Below are positions 1-10,863 of a DNA stretch of 64,000 nt, piece after piece. Origin of the DNA: Bacillales bacterium UBA5348 (GTDB lineage: Bacteria > Bacillota_I > Bacilli_A > RF39 > UBA660); the NCBI GenBank assembly GCA_002411005.1, contig DHQC01000015.1, positions 345-64,344 of the forward strand. Reading direction: 5' to 3'. Every line of letters begins with the position of its first letter. The first letter of the stretch is position 1. The notes beneath the pieces were generated by a model. The model was given only the letters and a program-made list of their open reading frames with translations, did no database searches and was not told where the DNA came from. The translations under genes were made by a program, and so were the position numbers.

Positions 1-1338
<1,338 letters not shown>

Positions 1339-1390
1339 AAATATTTTTATTTGTAACATTATTTCCTAGCTACTCAAAATTGACATTTTG

Positions 1391-1466
1391 CTCAGTTTTC
1401 AAAGATCATTCATGGCTTCTTTCTGAAGCGCACATTAAATATATCAAATAAAAATACCCGTGTCAA
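1391..1466 (-). promoter_or_regulatory. rRNA operon sigma-A promoter and boxA leader
   Basis: TTGACA (1466-1461), 17 bp, TG-n-TATATT (1443-1438), with A/T tracts upstream. BoxA-like GATCTTTGAAAACTGAG at 1407-1391. Confidence 0.85.
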
Positions 1467-1577
1467 CAATTTTATTGCTTTTTTTTCGTTTTTTTTACAA
1501 AAACGCGTTTTTTTAAGAATTACGGGGTTTATTCGGGCTTTTTATTCACAGAATATTATATGTATAGTTTGAAATTA

Positions 1578-2117
1578 TTATAACTTATCAATAATCTTCT
1601 CTTTATATATAGAATAATAATATTGAACAGTAAAAGTATTAAACAAATCTTTCTTCATTTCATACTTACTTATTAAATTTTCTAATTCCCTTTTTACAAT
1701 TAAATCAATCTCCTCTGAGTAATTCATCTTACCCTTATGATATTGATACTCTGCTCTATCTAATATTTTATATGTTCCGTCGGGAAATATACGCAAGTCT
1801 AAATCATAATCAATATATTTTATTGTATTATCCTCTATTATATAAGGAGTAGCAATATTACAATAATAATATATGCCTCTTCCCTTTAATTGACATATGA
1901 CATTATACCAATTATTTTTATAAAAATAAATAATAGCTGGTTCTTTTGTCTTCCAAGTTCTGCCATCAACTTCAGTCACCAAGGTTTTATTATTACCAAC
2001 AACCATATATTGAGCATTATTATCTAAAATAACAGCTTCATCCCAACTACGATAAATAGTACCATCATGTTTATAAGAATGAATTTGGAGTTTGGATCCT
2101 ATCTTCAGATTATTCAT
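1578..2117 (-). CDS. DUF402 family nucleoside tri/diphosphate phosphatase (YgaC/Ntdp-like)
   Basis: IHSYKHDG..YRSW, YYCNIATP and YIDYDLD motifs. Confidence 0.9.
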   Translation of the reverse strand: MNNLKIGSKLQIHSYKHDGTIYRSWDEAVILDNNAQYMVVGNNKTLVTEVDGRTWKTKEPAIIYFYKNNWYNVICQLKGRGIYYYCNIATPYIIEDNTIKYIDYDLDLRIFPDGTYKILDRAEYQYHKGKMNYSEEIDLIVKRELENLISKYEMKKDLFNTFTVQYYYSIYKEKIIDKL

Positions 2118-2174
2118 CTAACATCTCCCTCCTCTATTAATTATAAATGATTTAGTCAAGAATTGGCAATCATT

Positions 2175-2203
2175 GTATATTTTACTTTACATTACTCATA
2201 ATA
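2175..2203 (+). promoter_or_regulatory. sigma-G-like forespore promoter
   Basis: GTATA, 17 bp, CATAATA directly before the RBS of the Coat-F pair. Matches the B. subtilis sigma-G consensus. Confidence 0.55.
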
Positions 2204-2223
2204 ATACGGAAAGGAGAATTGAT

Positions 2224-2445
2224 ATGAATACACTACCAAATATGATTTCTACAAAAGATTTGGATTATCTTAAAGATATGCTAAATTGGAACTTTATCGC
2301 TGCAAAGAAAGCAGCTCATTATTTACAGCATATCGAAGACGAGGACGTTAAAAACGTTATCACTCAAGTTGGCGATATGCATAAGCAACATTTTAACATT
2401 TTACTAAATATCTTAAATCAAGGAGGCCAAAATGGACAACAATAG
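2224..2445 (+). CDS. small spore protein, partner of the Coat F gene
   Basis: ISTKDLDYLKDMLNWNFIAAKKA...HKQHFNILL. RBS AAAGGAG before ATG 2224. Overlaps the next gene. Confidence 0.65.
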   Translation: MNTLPNMISTKDLDYLKDMLNWNFIAAKKAAHYLQHIEDEDVKNVITQVGDMHKQHFNILLNILNQGGQNGQQ

Positions 2446-2752
2446 TAATATGGTATTTAATCCTGAAACAGAAGTACCTAAAAATCAAGATATGAATGAT
2501 TGTGATTATTTGAATGATTTTTTATCAACTGAAAAGATGTTGAGCGGGAATTATGTTACGGCTATGAATGAAGCTAGTAATAATGAGTTGTTCGAAGAAA
2601 TCGGCAATATATGTATAGAAACTGAAAATGCTGCCAGAGATCTTTTTAATGTACAATTTGCAAAAGGGTGGTATAAATTAGAAAAAGCTGACATTAATAA
2701 AATAAATACAGTCAGCCAGGAATATAACCAAAAACTAAATGAACTTAGTTAA
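2432..2752 (+). CDS. spore coat protein, Coat F domain
   Basis: MNDCDYLNDFLSTEK...EASN..L....KGWY pattern of the Coat_F family. Confidence 0.85.
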   Translation: MDNNSNMVFNPETEVPKNQDMNDCDYLNDFLSTEKMLSGNYVTAMNEASNNELFEEIGNICIETENAARDLFNVQFAKGWYKLEKADINKINTVSQEYNQKLNELS

Positions 2753-2770
2753 ATTTATATAAGGATACAA

Positions 2771-2796
2771 AAAATAAACACATAAGTGTTTATTTT
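2771..2796. terminator. intrinsic terminator between the Coat F gene and the S41 protease gene
   Basis: Hairpin AAAATAAACAC-ATAA-GTGTTTATTTT between convergent genes. Confidence 0.6.
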
Positions 2797-2799
2797 ATT

Positions 2800-4295
2800 G
2801 GTTCTATAATATTTGGTGTGGATGGCATAATCCTCACCTTTTATTTTTGATAAATAAAAGAGACATAGTTTGTCAAACTTTGATACAATGTAATTGTCAA
2901 TAAAACATTGAAAGGATTGATAATATGTCTCAACTAAATAATACATTAAAAATATTGAATTTGAAAGATAAAAACATCATTTTCTATAATAATTATCTTA
3001 AAGAATTAAAAATAAAGGGTAAAAGATCTCTTGTTTTTGAAGGTTATCTTTCTTATACTCCTAAATACTGTATGCATTGTGGTTGCATATTTGATGAAAA
3101 CATTGTTAAACACGGTTACAAATTGTCCAAGCTTACTATCCCTAAGGTTTCCAATCTAAATTCCTATTTATATCTTTATAAACAAAGATATAAATGTAGA
3201 CATTGTAATCACACTTTTTCTTGTAATACTAGTGAAGTAGAATTGGGTTGTTACATTTCTAACAGCACCAAGCACGCCATCGCCTTAGATGCCACTAAAA
3301 AGATTTCAGAGAAAGATATTGCAGTTAATAATAATGTTTCACATTCTACCGTTAATCGTATTATTGATTCTTACAAATCTCATATTAAATTATTCAAAAA
3401 CTATTTACCTGAAAATATGTGTTTTGATGAATTTAAGTCTGTTAAGTCTGCTGTAGGTTTAATGTCCTTTAACTTTTGTAATGCTGATACTGGTGAAATC
3501 ATTGATATTGTTGAAGATAGACGTTTATACAGTCTAACCAAGTATTTTTCTAGATACTCAAGAGATGCTCGATTAAACGTTAAAAACATTATCATTGATA
3601 TGTATACACCTTATATAGTTCTTATTAAGGCAATGTTTCCTAATGCCAATATCATTACAGATAAGTTTCATACTGTTCAATTAATTAATCGTGCTTTAAA
3701 TAAAACAAGAATTAATCTTATGAATAAAGACAAACTACATTACAACAAGCTCAAAAGATATTGGAAATTATTATTAAGAGATCGTGATAGTTTAAATCAC
3801 TTTAAGTTCCAAAAATACACTTGCTTGGAACACTTTATGACAGAGGTTGATATTGTAGATTATTTATTGGATTTAGATATATATCTAAAAGAATCTTATT
3901 GGTTTTATCAACATGTTAGGCAATCTATTAAATTGAAAAATATAGATAAATTTGATTCGATTATTGATGCTCAGCATTACAACTTATCCTCTTATATGTT
4001 AACTGCTCAAAAGACTCTCATAGAACATAGAAAGTACATTCACAATGCAATTAATTCTAATTTATCAAATGGAAAAATTGAAGGTATTAATAATCTTATC
4101 AAAGTAATTAAACGTATCTCATTTGGTTATCGTAGTTTTCTACATTTTAAAGCACGTATCCTTCTCATCTCAGGTTTAATTAACCCGACCTATAAAAGCA
4201 TATAAAAAGGAGCGAAAACTTACGTTTTCACTCCATTACAATTCATTGTAATTTAGTTTAAATTTTTAGTCATCCACACTATTTGACAAAGAACC
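2800..4295 (+). mobile_element. ISL3-family insertion sequence, 1496 bp
   Basis: Imperfect 25-bp inverted repeats GGTTCT...GTGTGGATG (2800-2824 and 4271-4295). 8-bp target duplication ATTTTATT (2792-2799 and 4296-4303). Confidence 0.93.
2925..4205 (+). CDS. ISL3 family transposase
   Basis: Zn-finger CxxC pairs, FDEF, IDM, DKFH and SNGKIEGINNLIKVIKRISFGYRSF motifs. Confidence 0.95.
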   Translation: MSQLNNTLKILNLKDKNIIFYNNYLKELKIKGKRSLVFEGYLSYTPKYCMHCGCIFDENIVKHGYKLSKLTIPKVSNLNSYLYLYKQRYKCRHCNHTFSCNTSEVELGCYISNSTKHAIALDATKKISEKDIAVNNNVSHSTVNRIIDSYKSHIKLFKNYLPENMCFDEFKSVKSAVGLMSFNFCNADTGEIIDIVEDRRLYSLTKYFSRYSRDARLNVKNIIIDMYTPYIVLIKAMFPNANIITDKFHTVQLINRALNKTRINLMNKDKLHYNKLKRYWKLLLRDRDSLNHFKFQKYTCLEHFMTEVDIVDYLLDLDIYLKESYWFYQHVRQSIKLKNIDKFDSIIDAQHYNLSSYMLTAQKTLIEHRKYIHNAINSNLSNGKIEGINNLIKVIKRISFGYRSFLHFKARILLISGLINPTYKSI

Positions 4296-4298
4296 ATT

Positions 4299-5582
4299 TT
4301 ATTTAGTTAATAATTCTAAAGCTTTTTGTAATTGAGTATCATTTTCATCTGTAGGATTAATTCCATAAGTATCACCTTGTTTAACTTCAGTCGTTGGAGC
4401 TATTCCTTTTTCATTAATCCAATTACCATCAGGAGTTAACCATTTATCAGTTGTTACCTTTATCATACCACCATTAGTTAAATCACTTGGTTGTTGAACT
4501 GTTCCTTTACCATATGAAGTAGTACCTACAATGTGAGCACCATACACTTCTTTCATAGCACCAGCTACTATTTCAGATGCTGAAGCACTATATTCATTTA
4601 TTAATACTACAACAGGATAAGTTCTGTTCTCTTCAGTTTGGTCAATATAATCTGTTATGCCATCCTTATCTTCCATCTTATATAGAATGTCCCCTCTTTC
4701 TAGGAATAATTCTAACATGTCATCAGCCGCATGAAGATAACCACCGCTATTATTACGCAAATCAATTACTAATGAAGATATACCTTCACTTTCTAAAGAG
4801 TTAACAGCTTGGAAAAATTGCATATATGTGTTATCAGCAAATAAACTAACATTTATATAACCAACCTTTTTACCAGTTTGATCAAAAGTCTTTTTAGTAA
4901 CACTTGGGAGTTCAATCAATGACTTCGTTATATTAAGCGTTATGTCTTTACCATCACGTTTTACAACTAAAACGATTTCTTTTATTTTAGTACCCTTTAT
5001 ATATGAAGCTATTTCAGTTCCCGTTTTAGTTGAAGCATCAATATCATCAACGCTAACTAATTGGTCACCAACTTTAACACCAGCAACATATGCAGGAGTG
5101 TTTTCAAAAACATTCACAACAGTATGTACAAAACCTTCAGCAGTTGTAAATTCTATACCTATACCCTTATATTCACCATTCATTCTTTCATTGAATTGTT
5201 TGGTCTCATCAGCATTCATATAAGAAGTATAACCATCTAGGGTTGATAACATTCCATCAATAGCAGAATCAATGAGCTTTTCTTTGTCTACTTCCTCATA
5301 GTAATTATCTAGTACATTCTGGAAAGCTTCCTCAAACTCGTTCATATATTTTGAATGATCTTCTTTTGCTTCTTCTTTCACATCATCAAGAGTATAATTA
5401 TAAGTTAGAAAACTTCCACTAAATACCCCAAACATAGTCCCCATAGCAACTAACACGAGAACCTCTAACAATTTAAATCCCGTTGGCTTTTTATCATCCT
5501 TATTTTTATTTGGTTTTATAAAAAAAACTTTAACTTTGTTTTTAATTTTTTCTAAATTTTCTCTTATCATCATAATCATCAC
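4299..5582 (-). CDS. S41 carboxy-terminal processing protease (CtpA/CtpB-like)
   Basis: PDZ GIG, DLRNNSGG, SASASE and SYGKGTVQ motifs plus an N-terminal TM helix. Start uncertain. Confidence 0.93.
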   Translation of the reverse strand: MMIMMIRENLEKIKNKVKVFFIKPNKNKDDKKPTGFKLLEVLVLVAMGTMFGVFSGSFLTYNYTLDDVKEEAKEDHSKYMNEFEEAFQNVLDNYYEEVDKEKLIDSAIDGMLSTLDGYTSYMNADETKQFNERMNGEYKGIGIEFTTAEGFVHTVVNVFENTPAYVAGVKVGDQLVSVDDIDASTKTGTEIASYIKGTKIKEIVLVVKRDGKDITLNITKSLIELPSVTKKTFDQTGKKVGYINVSLFADNTYMQFFQAVNSLESEGISSLVIDLRNNSGGYLHAADDMLELFLERGDILYKMEDKDGITDYIDQTEENRTYPVVVLINEYSASASEIVAGAMKEVYGAHIVGTTSYGKGTVQQPSDLTNGGMIKVTTDKWLTPDGNWINEKGIAPTTEVKQGDTYGINPTDENDTQLQKALELLTK

Positions 5583-5694
5583 CTATTCTCACAATAAATA
5601 ATATACCATAAAAAGAAAAATAATGAAACATAAATATAATATTTGTCTATATTTATTTTTATCTTATTAACATATTATTAATAGAGGTTCTTTT

Positions 5695-6105
5695 ATGAAA
5701 AATAATGAAAATCCAAAATACGAAATTCAAAGAATAAATACAAAAATTATTTGTATCTATTTAACGATTTTTGCGTCTCTTTTATTTTTGATTATATATT
5801 ATAAAGAAAGGGCAACATTAATTGACCAACAATGTGGAACAAACTTTCGAAACAATTATCCCGATACAACCCATTACAATAAAATTATTGTAACTATTTT
5901 TATCTTAACAGACAGTATCTTTTTGTATTATGCCTATACGAAGTTACAAGATACAATAAATAGATACAAAAAAACCGGTGATGATGCCGGTTTAGATTCT
6001 TCATATAATTCTTTCTATGCTAATTTATTTGAATTCACAGGAACGCTTATTATTCTTTACAATATTGTTACAAACAAAGACAGTTCTATAAATTCTTTAC
6101 TTTAA
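5695..6105 (+). CDS. hypothetical membrane protein
   Basis: 136-aa ORF with about 3 hydrophobic segments and a GAGG RBS. Confidence 0.6.
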   Translation: MKNNENPKYEIQRINTKIICIYLTIFASLLFLIIYYKERATLIDQQCGTNFRNNYPDTTHYNKIIVTIFILTDSIFLYYAYTKLQDTINRYKKTGDDAGLDSSYNSFYANLFEFTGTLIILYNIVTNKDSSINSLL

Positions 6106-6660
6106 TTATTTTAAAGCAGCTGTTACAGCACTTAATCCTTCATTATAAGAAACATTCTTTCCCTTACTAATCTTAATTAATGTAGGTCCATTTATTTTTA
6201 ATTCATCAGGATTTGCAACATTCGGATTACTAACATCACTAATATAAGAAGCATTAAAGCCTTTGTCTAAATCAACCTTGTATATTTTTGCAGACGGATT
6301 ATTTGTTTTGTAATTTGTTATTATCGTATCATATACAGCTGATGACTCTTCCCCAAAGTTATAAAAGACAACATAATACTCATCATTCTTTATATTAAAT
6401 GTTTCACCAGCTAATATTTCTTCATATTGAATAGTAATTGGAGTGTTATCTCTTTCTTCACTATTTGTTGATGCTTGTTTTTTATTTAAACCACCAGTTA
6501 TAGCAATTGTCAGAATATAAAAGATTATAAAAACTATAATAACAATTATACTTATCTTAGCAAAACTAGGCATCCCTACATTTTCAACTTGTTCAATAAC
6601 TTCTCTTTTGATCTTTTTCTTACGTCTTTCTGATCTATTCATATTATATCTGTTGTTCAT
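6106..6660 (-). CDS. membrane-anchored hypothetical protein (possible thioredoxin-like fold)
   Basis: One TM helix, then YYVVFY...IYKVDL...GPTLIKI. Start moved to ATG 6660 because the longer ORF overlaps a terminator. Confidence 0.65.
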   Translation of the reverse strand: MNNRYNMNRSERRKKKIKREVIEQVENVGMPSFAKISIIVIIVFIIFYILTIAITGGLNKKQASTNSEERDNTPITIQYEEILAGETFNIKNDEYYVVFYNFGEESSAVYDTIITNYKTNNPSAKIYKVDLDKGFNASYISDVSNPNVANPDELKINGPTLIKISKGKNVSYNEGLSAVTAALK

Positions 6661-6710
6661 AATATCACCCGAACTAATTATATCATAAATATTTTGCTTT
6701 TTTAACAAGA

Positions 6711-6735
6711 AAATTCCCACTCAAAGTGGGAATTT
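6711..6735 (-). terminator. terminator downstream of the ydcC 3' half
   Basis: Hairpin AAATTCCCACT-CAA-AGTGGGAATTT. Confidence 0.65.
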
Positions 6736-6740
6736 CTCTT

Positions 6741-7460
6741 CTACTTGCCTACTGGAATAGTATTAATTGATTTAGCGACATCAACTAATTCTTCAATATT
6801 CATTACATCTGATGCTACATAATACTCCAATCCATTGCTAATCCATGATACTGAATTATCAGATATAGAGCCTACCGTATCAATTAACATTGCTGGTTCC
6901 CCATAAGTTGGAACTGTAGTAAATTCCTCTTCTTTATTTACTGTTTCTTCAACTAAGATAAATGGCTTTTCTCCTTCAAATGTCAGAATAATACGTTCAC
7001 CACTACTTTTAGCAATAGTATTTTGAGAACCTAACGAAGTGTTTTCAGGAATATACATCGGATATATAACATCCTCTATTTTTAAAACCGATTCGGTCTT
7101 TTCATCAATAATGGCTGTTTGCATATTCTCATTTAATGTAAAGTACTTTGTATTATATGTAGCTTTTGTATCAGTTTTAGTAATTTTAACTTTAATTTCC
7201 GTATTGTTTTTACTATTTAAAACTTGAACCTCTTTAATATTTAACTTTTTATCAAAATATACTACCTGTTTAGTTAAATCACGATTATTAGGATAATTAA
7301 CCTTTGTTGTAAAGACATAATAATTTTCTGTTTCTTCAAATTTCCTATCATTATCTGATTTAATGTCCTTCAAAATTGTTTGTAAGATATAACTTTGTGA
7401 ATTGTTATACGGCCATTCACTTTGGAACTTAAAGCTCTTATTAAGTGATGGAGTTAAAAC
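6741..7460 (-). CDS. ydcC: 3' portion of interrupted sporulation lipoprotein YdcC/SsdC
   Basis: The frame is open from the element boundary: VLTPSLNKSFKFQSEWPYNNSQSYILQTILKDIKSD...GEP...SWISNGLEYYVAS. No start codon or RBS at the boundary. Confidence 0.88.
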   Translation of the reverse strand, partial: VLTPSLNKSFKFQSEWPYNNSQSYILQTILKDIKSDNDRKFEETENYYVFTTKVNYPNNRDLTKQVVYFDKKLNIKEVQVLNSKNNTEIKVKITKTDTKATYNTKYFTLNENMQTAIIDEKTESVLKIEDVIYPMYIPENTSLGSQNTIAKSSGERIILTFEGEKPFILVEETVNKEEEFTTVPTYGEPAMLIDTVGSISDNSVSWISNGLEYYVASDVMNIEELVDVAKSINTIPVGK

Positions 7461-7476
7461 CTAGACACACAAAAGT
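7459..7476. other. recombination site at the element/ydcC-3' junction
   Basis: Core AC at 7459-7460 (GT on the minus strand) followed by arm CTAGACACACAAAAGT. Confidence 0.88.
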
Positions 7477-7506
7477 TTAATTTTTTTAATTATAGCGTCT
7501 TTATTT

Positions 7507-8361
7507 TTATTTATTTTCTATTAATTTATCTTCTTCTATATATTGATAATCTAAAGCATTATTATTTGTAATAACAGAGCCACCAATTTCACGTTCTAAA
7601 TCAGCCCTAGTATTATTCGCTATCTTACCACCACGTTTAGCTACTTCAATATTTTGTTTTAAACCCTGTGGATTATTCTTTTTTGCAATTTCACGTGTAG
7701 CAATTTCTCCTAAATCTGCAAGAGTTACTTCAATATCACTCATATTATCTCTTAAAGATTCTTTTCTTAATCCTTTATATTGTTTATATTCTTTAGCAGA
7801 CATTCCAGACCAACCTTTATATATTTCATTCGTAAGAATAGCATATTCCCTGTTTTCCTTTATTCCTCCGTCTTTCCATACATCAGTTAATCTTTTTCTA
7901 TCCTGCATTCCTTTAATTCTTTTTTGAATCCAAGCTTCATCATAACCTTTTGCTCTATAAGTATCAATTCCTCTTTGAACAGTTAATGATGGATCAAATA
8001 CTTCATCTATTCTTTCTTTACCTAAATGGGCTAGCCATTGTTTTATTGGTTCTGCATTCTTACTAGGGATTGACTCTATTAATCTAAACATATTTTCAAT
8101 ATCAACAACATCAGTATTATAATATTTGCCATCTTGTGATTTTAATTTCAGTTGACTACAATTTGTAGCCATCTCGTTTCCTTCTTTTTTTAGCCTTGTT
8201 TTTAATACACTCCAATATTTTCTAGGATTTTCACTTTCAGAAAGAACACTAACTATATCAACAACACTAATGTAATATTTCTCATCTTCTTTATCCCAAA
8301 TGGTTCTTATTGTTTCATTATTAAATATTTTATTGATTAAATGCATTTTATCTTGTTCCAT
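7507..8361 (-). CDS. BRO-N domain / phage antirepressor-like protein
   Basis: IRTIWD...YYISVVDIV..L...NPRKYWSVLKTRL, RLIESIPSKNAEPIKQWLA and SLRDNM motifs. Confidence 0.85.
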   Translation of the reverse strand: MEQDKMHLINKIFNNETIRTIWDKEDEKYYISVVDIVSVLSESENPRKYWSVLKTRLKKEGNEMATNCSQLKLKSQDGKYYNTDVVDIENMFRLIESIPSKNAEPIKQWLAHLGKERIDEVFDPSLTVQRGIDTYRAKGYDEAWIQKRIKGMQDRKRLTDVWKDGGIKENREYAILTNEIYKGWSGMSAKEYKQYKGLRKESLRDNMSDIEVTLADLGEIATREIAKKNNPQGLKQNIEVAKRGGKIANNTRADLEREIGGSVITNNNALDYQYIEEDKLIENK

Positions 8362-8409
8362 TATTTACCTCCTTTACTATTAATATACTAGAAAAGTGTT
8401 AAGTTTTCT

Positions 8410-9993
8410 TTAAACTAATTTAAATTTATAATAAATATCTACATTATTATCTTCAGTTATTTCTATCCTATCAATTAAACTAGCTATTAAGTTTCTAGAT
8501 GGATTATTCATATTTAAAAACTCTTGTATTTTTTGTATAAATTGTTTCTCATCTATATTGTTGTTATTATCTATATTATATAGTTCTTTTTTATATTCAT
8601 TAACTTTATGTTCGTTTTCTTTTATTTCAGTAATGAAATTATTATATGCTCTTTTATACATATCTAAAGTTATATTACCATCAAGTTTATCATTATAACA
8701 AGCATCTATTTTTTTATTTAATACTTTAATACAATTTTGTAATTTTAAAATTTCTACATTGCACCTATCTTTTTTTGCTTGTATCTTATTAGCTTTTTTA
8801 AAACTATCTTCTAAACTATTAGCATCTATATATTTATTGCACATATTTCTTAATTCATTTATGACTAATCCTTCTATTTCATTATATTTAACACTATGTG
8901 GTGTACAAACATTTTGTTTTTTTCTTTTTGACCAGTAATTACAATTTCCATATATTCTTGTAACCAATCCATACTTCTTTGTATTTTGTTCTTGAGCTCT
9001 AAAGCCAAATGTATGTCCACATTCTTTGCAATAGATTAAACCTCTAAGTAATAGTTTGTCCGTTATTCCATTACCCTTTATCCTGTTACTATTACTTTTA
9101 AACATATCTTGTACTAAATTAAATAAATCATCATCAATAATTCTAGGTATCATGCCTTCTACAATAATCCAATTATCCTTTCTATTATGAATTCTTTTTT
9201 TTGATTTATAATTTATTTTCTTTTGCTTACATTGTGTTAAATTACCAATATAGTTTGGACTCTTTAAAATATCTCCAACAGTTCTTGTTGACCAAACACC
9301 ATAGTGAAAATTATTTTGTCCAATATTCATATTTTTAGAAATACTCGGTGTAGGTACTTTTTCATTAGTTAAGGTATCACATATATTAGTTAATGAACTT
9401 CCATTAGCAAACATATTAAACATTCTTTTAACTATAATTGCCTCATCTTCATTGATTACTAATTTATGTTTATCTTCATCTGATTTATTATATCCATAGG
9501 GTGCATAGGCTCCAACAAATTGTCCATTTTTCTTTTTGACATATAATGAACTTCTTTGTTTGTTAGATATATCTTTAACATACATATCATTAAATGCACT
9601 TTTAAATACCAACATATCATTAGCACTACTATTTGAAAAAGTATCAATTCCATCATTTACTGCAACATAACGTATGCCATGTTCTGGAAAATATCTCTCA
9701 ACATAAAATCCAAATTCAATATGATCACGACCAAGCCTTGATGTATCTTTTGTAATAATCATATTTATTTTCTTATCTTCACAGTCTTTAATCATTCTAT
9801 TAAATCCTGCTCTATCGAATGTTGTTCCTGATACTCCATCATCAACATACTCATCAACAAATATTAAATTGTTATCCCTTATATAAGATAGCAACAACTC
9901 CCTTTGGGTAGATATACTACCACTCTCACCTAACCTTTCATCTTCTCTAGATAATCTTAAATAAATTCCTACTTTGTACTCTAAATCTTTCAT
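8410..9993 (-). CDS. large serine recombinase (SpoIVCA/TnpX-like)
   Basis: YLRLSRED (catalytic Ser), DDGVSG, KDTSRLGR, recombinase domain, Zn ribbon CKECG...C and coiled coil. Confidence 0.96.
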   Translation of the reverse strand: MKDLEYKVGIYLRLSREDERLGESGSISTQRELLLSYIRDNNLIFVDEYVDDGVSGTTFDRAGFNRMIKDCEDKKINMIITKDTSRLGRDHIEFGFYVERYFPEHGIRYVAVNDGIDTFSNSSANDMLVFKSAFNDMYVKDISNKQRSSLYVKKKNGQFVGAYAPYGYNKSDEDKHKLVINEDEAIIVKRMFNMFANGSSLTNICDTLTNEKVPTPSISKNMNIGQNNFHYGVWSTRTVGDILKSPNYIGNLTQCKQKKINYKSKKRIHNRKDNWIIVEGMIPRIIDDDLFNLVQDMFKSNSNRIKGNGITDKLLLRGLIYCKECGHTFGFRAQEQNTKKYGLVTRIYGNCNYWSKRKKQNVCTPHSVKYNEIEGLVINELRNMCNKYIDANSLEDSFKKANKIQAKKDRCNVEILKLQNCIKVLNKKIDACYNDKLDGNITLDMYKRAYNNFITEIKENEHKVNEYKKELYNIDNNNNIDEKQFIQKIQEFLNMNNPSRNLIASLIDRIEITEDNNVDIYYKFKLV

Positions 9994-10005
9994 TAGTACT
10001 CCAAT

Positions 10006-10158
10006 CTAGTTATTTAAGATTGTATCCGACTTAATTATACCATTAAAATCTAAAAAATTTAATTCTTCATCTAGAAAATTTGATAAAAATTTACTAATTA
10101 TTTCATTTAAGGTGTTTCCATTATCATTATAAATATTATTTACTTTGAATTTATTCAT
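10006..10158 (-). CDS. 50-aa ORF directly upstream of the recombinase (candidate directionality factor)
   Basis: MNKFKVNNIYNDNGNTLNEIISKFLSNFLDEELNFLDFNGIIKSDTILNN with RBS GGGAGG. Missing from the ORF track. Confidence 0.6.
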   Translation of the reverse strand: MNKFKVNNIYNDNGNTLNEIISKFLSNFLDEELNFLDFNGIIKSDTILNN

Positions 10159-10225
10159 TAATTGCCTCCCCTAAAAGATATGCAACGAATAAATAAATAA
10201 TTTCTGTCTTTTTGTCTATATCCAT
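10151..10225 (-). CDS. 24-aa micro-ORF overlapping the start of the 50-aa ORF
   Basis: MDIDKKTEIIYLFVAYLLGEAINE with strong RBS AAAGGAGGG. Its stop overlaps the next start (ATGAATAA). Confidence 0.4.
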   Translation of the reverse strand: MDIDKKTEIIYLFVAYLLGEAINE

Positions 10226-10289
10226 TAAATCCCTCCTTTTAAATTACGTTTTAAACATATTTAACATATTATTCATTCCTTTCAATTAT

Positions 10290-10730
10290 CTAAAATTGTT
10301 TTAATAAATCTTCCATTTCTTTTTGTTCTTCTGGTGTAGCCTCTTTAGATTCACATCTTTTTCCATTCCATACCATTACTCCATCTGAATCATATCTGAT
10401 ATATGGTGATTTTCTACCATTCATTAATTCTTCATAATTATTTGATACATTAGTTACTGTTATAAATGGTTTAATATTTTTATTTTTATCTATATATGAA
10501 TTGTTATATCCTTTAATAAAGATTATATTTCCTTTATAAAAAAGATCCTTATATATACTATAAAGATCTTTTTTTATATTTAAACTTATATAAACTTTTT
10601 CATTTGAGTTAGAATATTTCTTTAATATCATTCCAAATTTAATATAAACACTTCCAATATCACTTTCACATATAGAATTAATTTTTCCAGATATAATAGT
10701 TTCATTTATATTAATATAATCCTTATTCAT
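10290..10730 (-). CDS. SSB-like OB-fold protein
   Basis: INETIISGKI...KGNIIFIKG..NSYIDKN pattern resembling SSB. Confidence 0.5.
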   Translation of the reverse strand: MNKDYININETIISGKINSICESDIGSVYIKFGMILKKYSNSNEKVYISLNIKKDLYSIYKDLFYKGNIIFIKGYNNSYIDKNKNIKPFITVTNVSNNYEELMNGRKSPYIRYDSDGVMVWNGKRCESKEATPEEQKEMEDLLKQF

Positions 10731-10806
10731 AATCACTTCCTTTATTTAAATATAATTTATATATTTTATTTTATTATTTATTTTAATATTTACTTTATAT
10801 TGGAAG

Positions 10807-10863
10807 AATACTTCTACTTAATATAGAACTATTCTTCAACTTCATAATGAATTATTCTTCTAC
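10807..10863 (-). repeat. three iteron-like direct repeats at 23-bp period
   Basis: GTAGAAGAATA, GTTGAAGAATA and GTAGAAGTATT start at 10863, 10840 and 10817, followed by an almost pure A/T tract (~10741-10800). Confidence 0.55.

Noticed and set aside
6741-7373. Independent 210-aa gene starting at TTG 7373
   Set aside because: No RBS, and the YdcC-like frame continues upstream to the att core at 7460.
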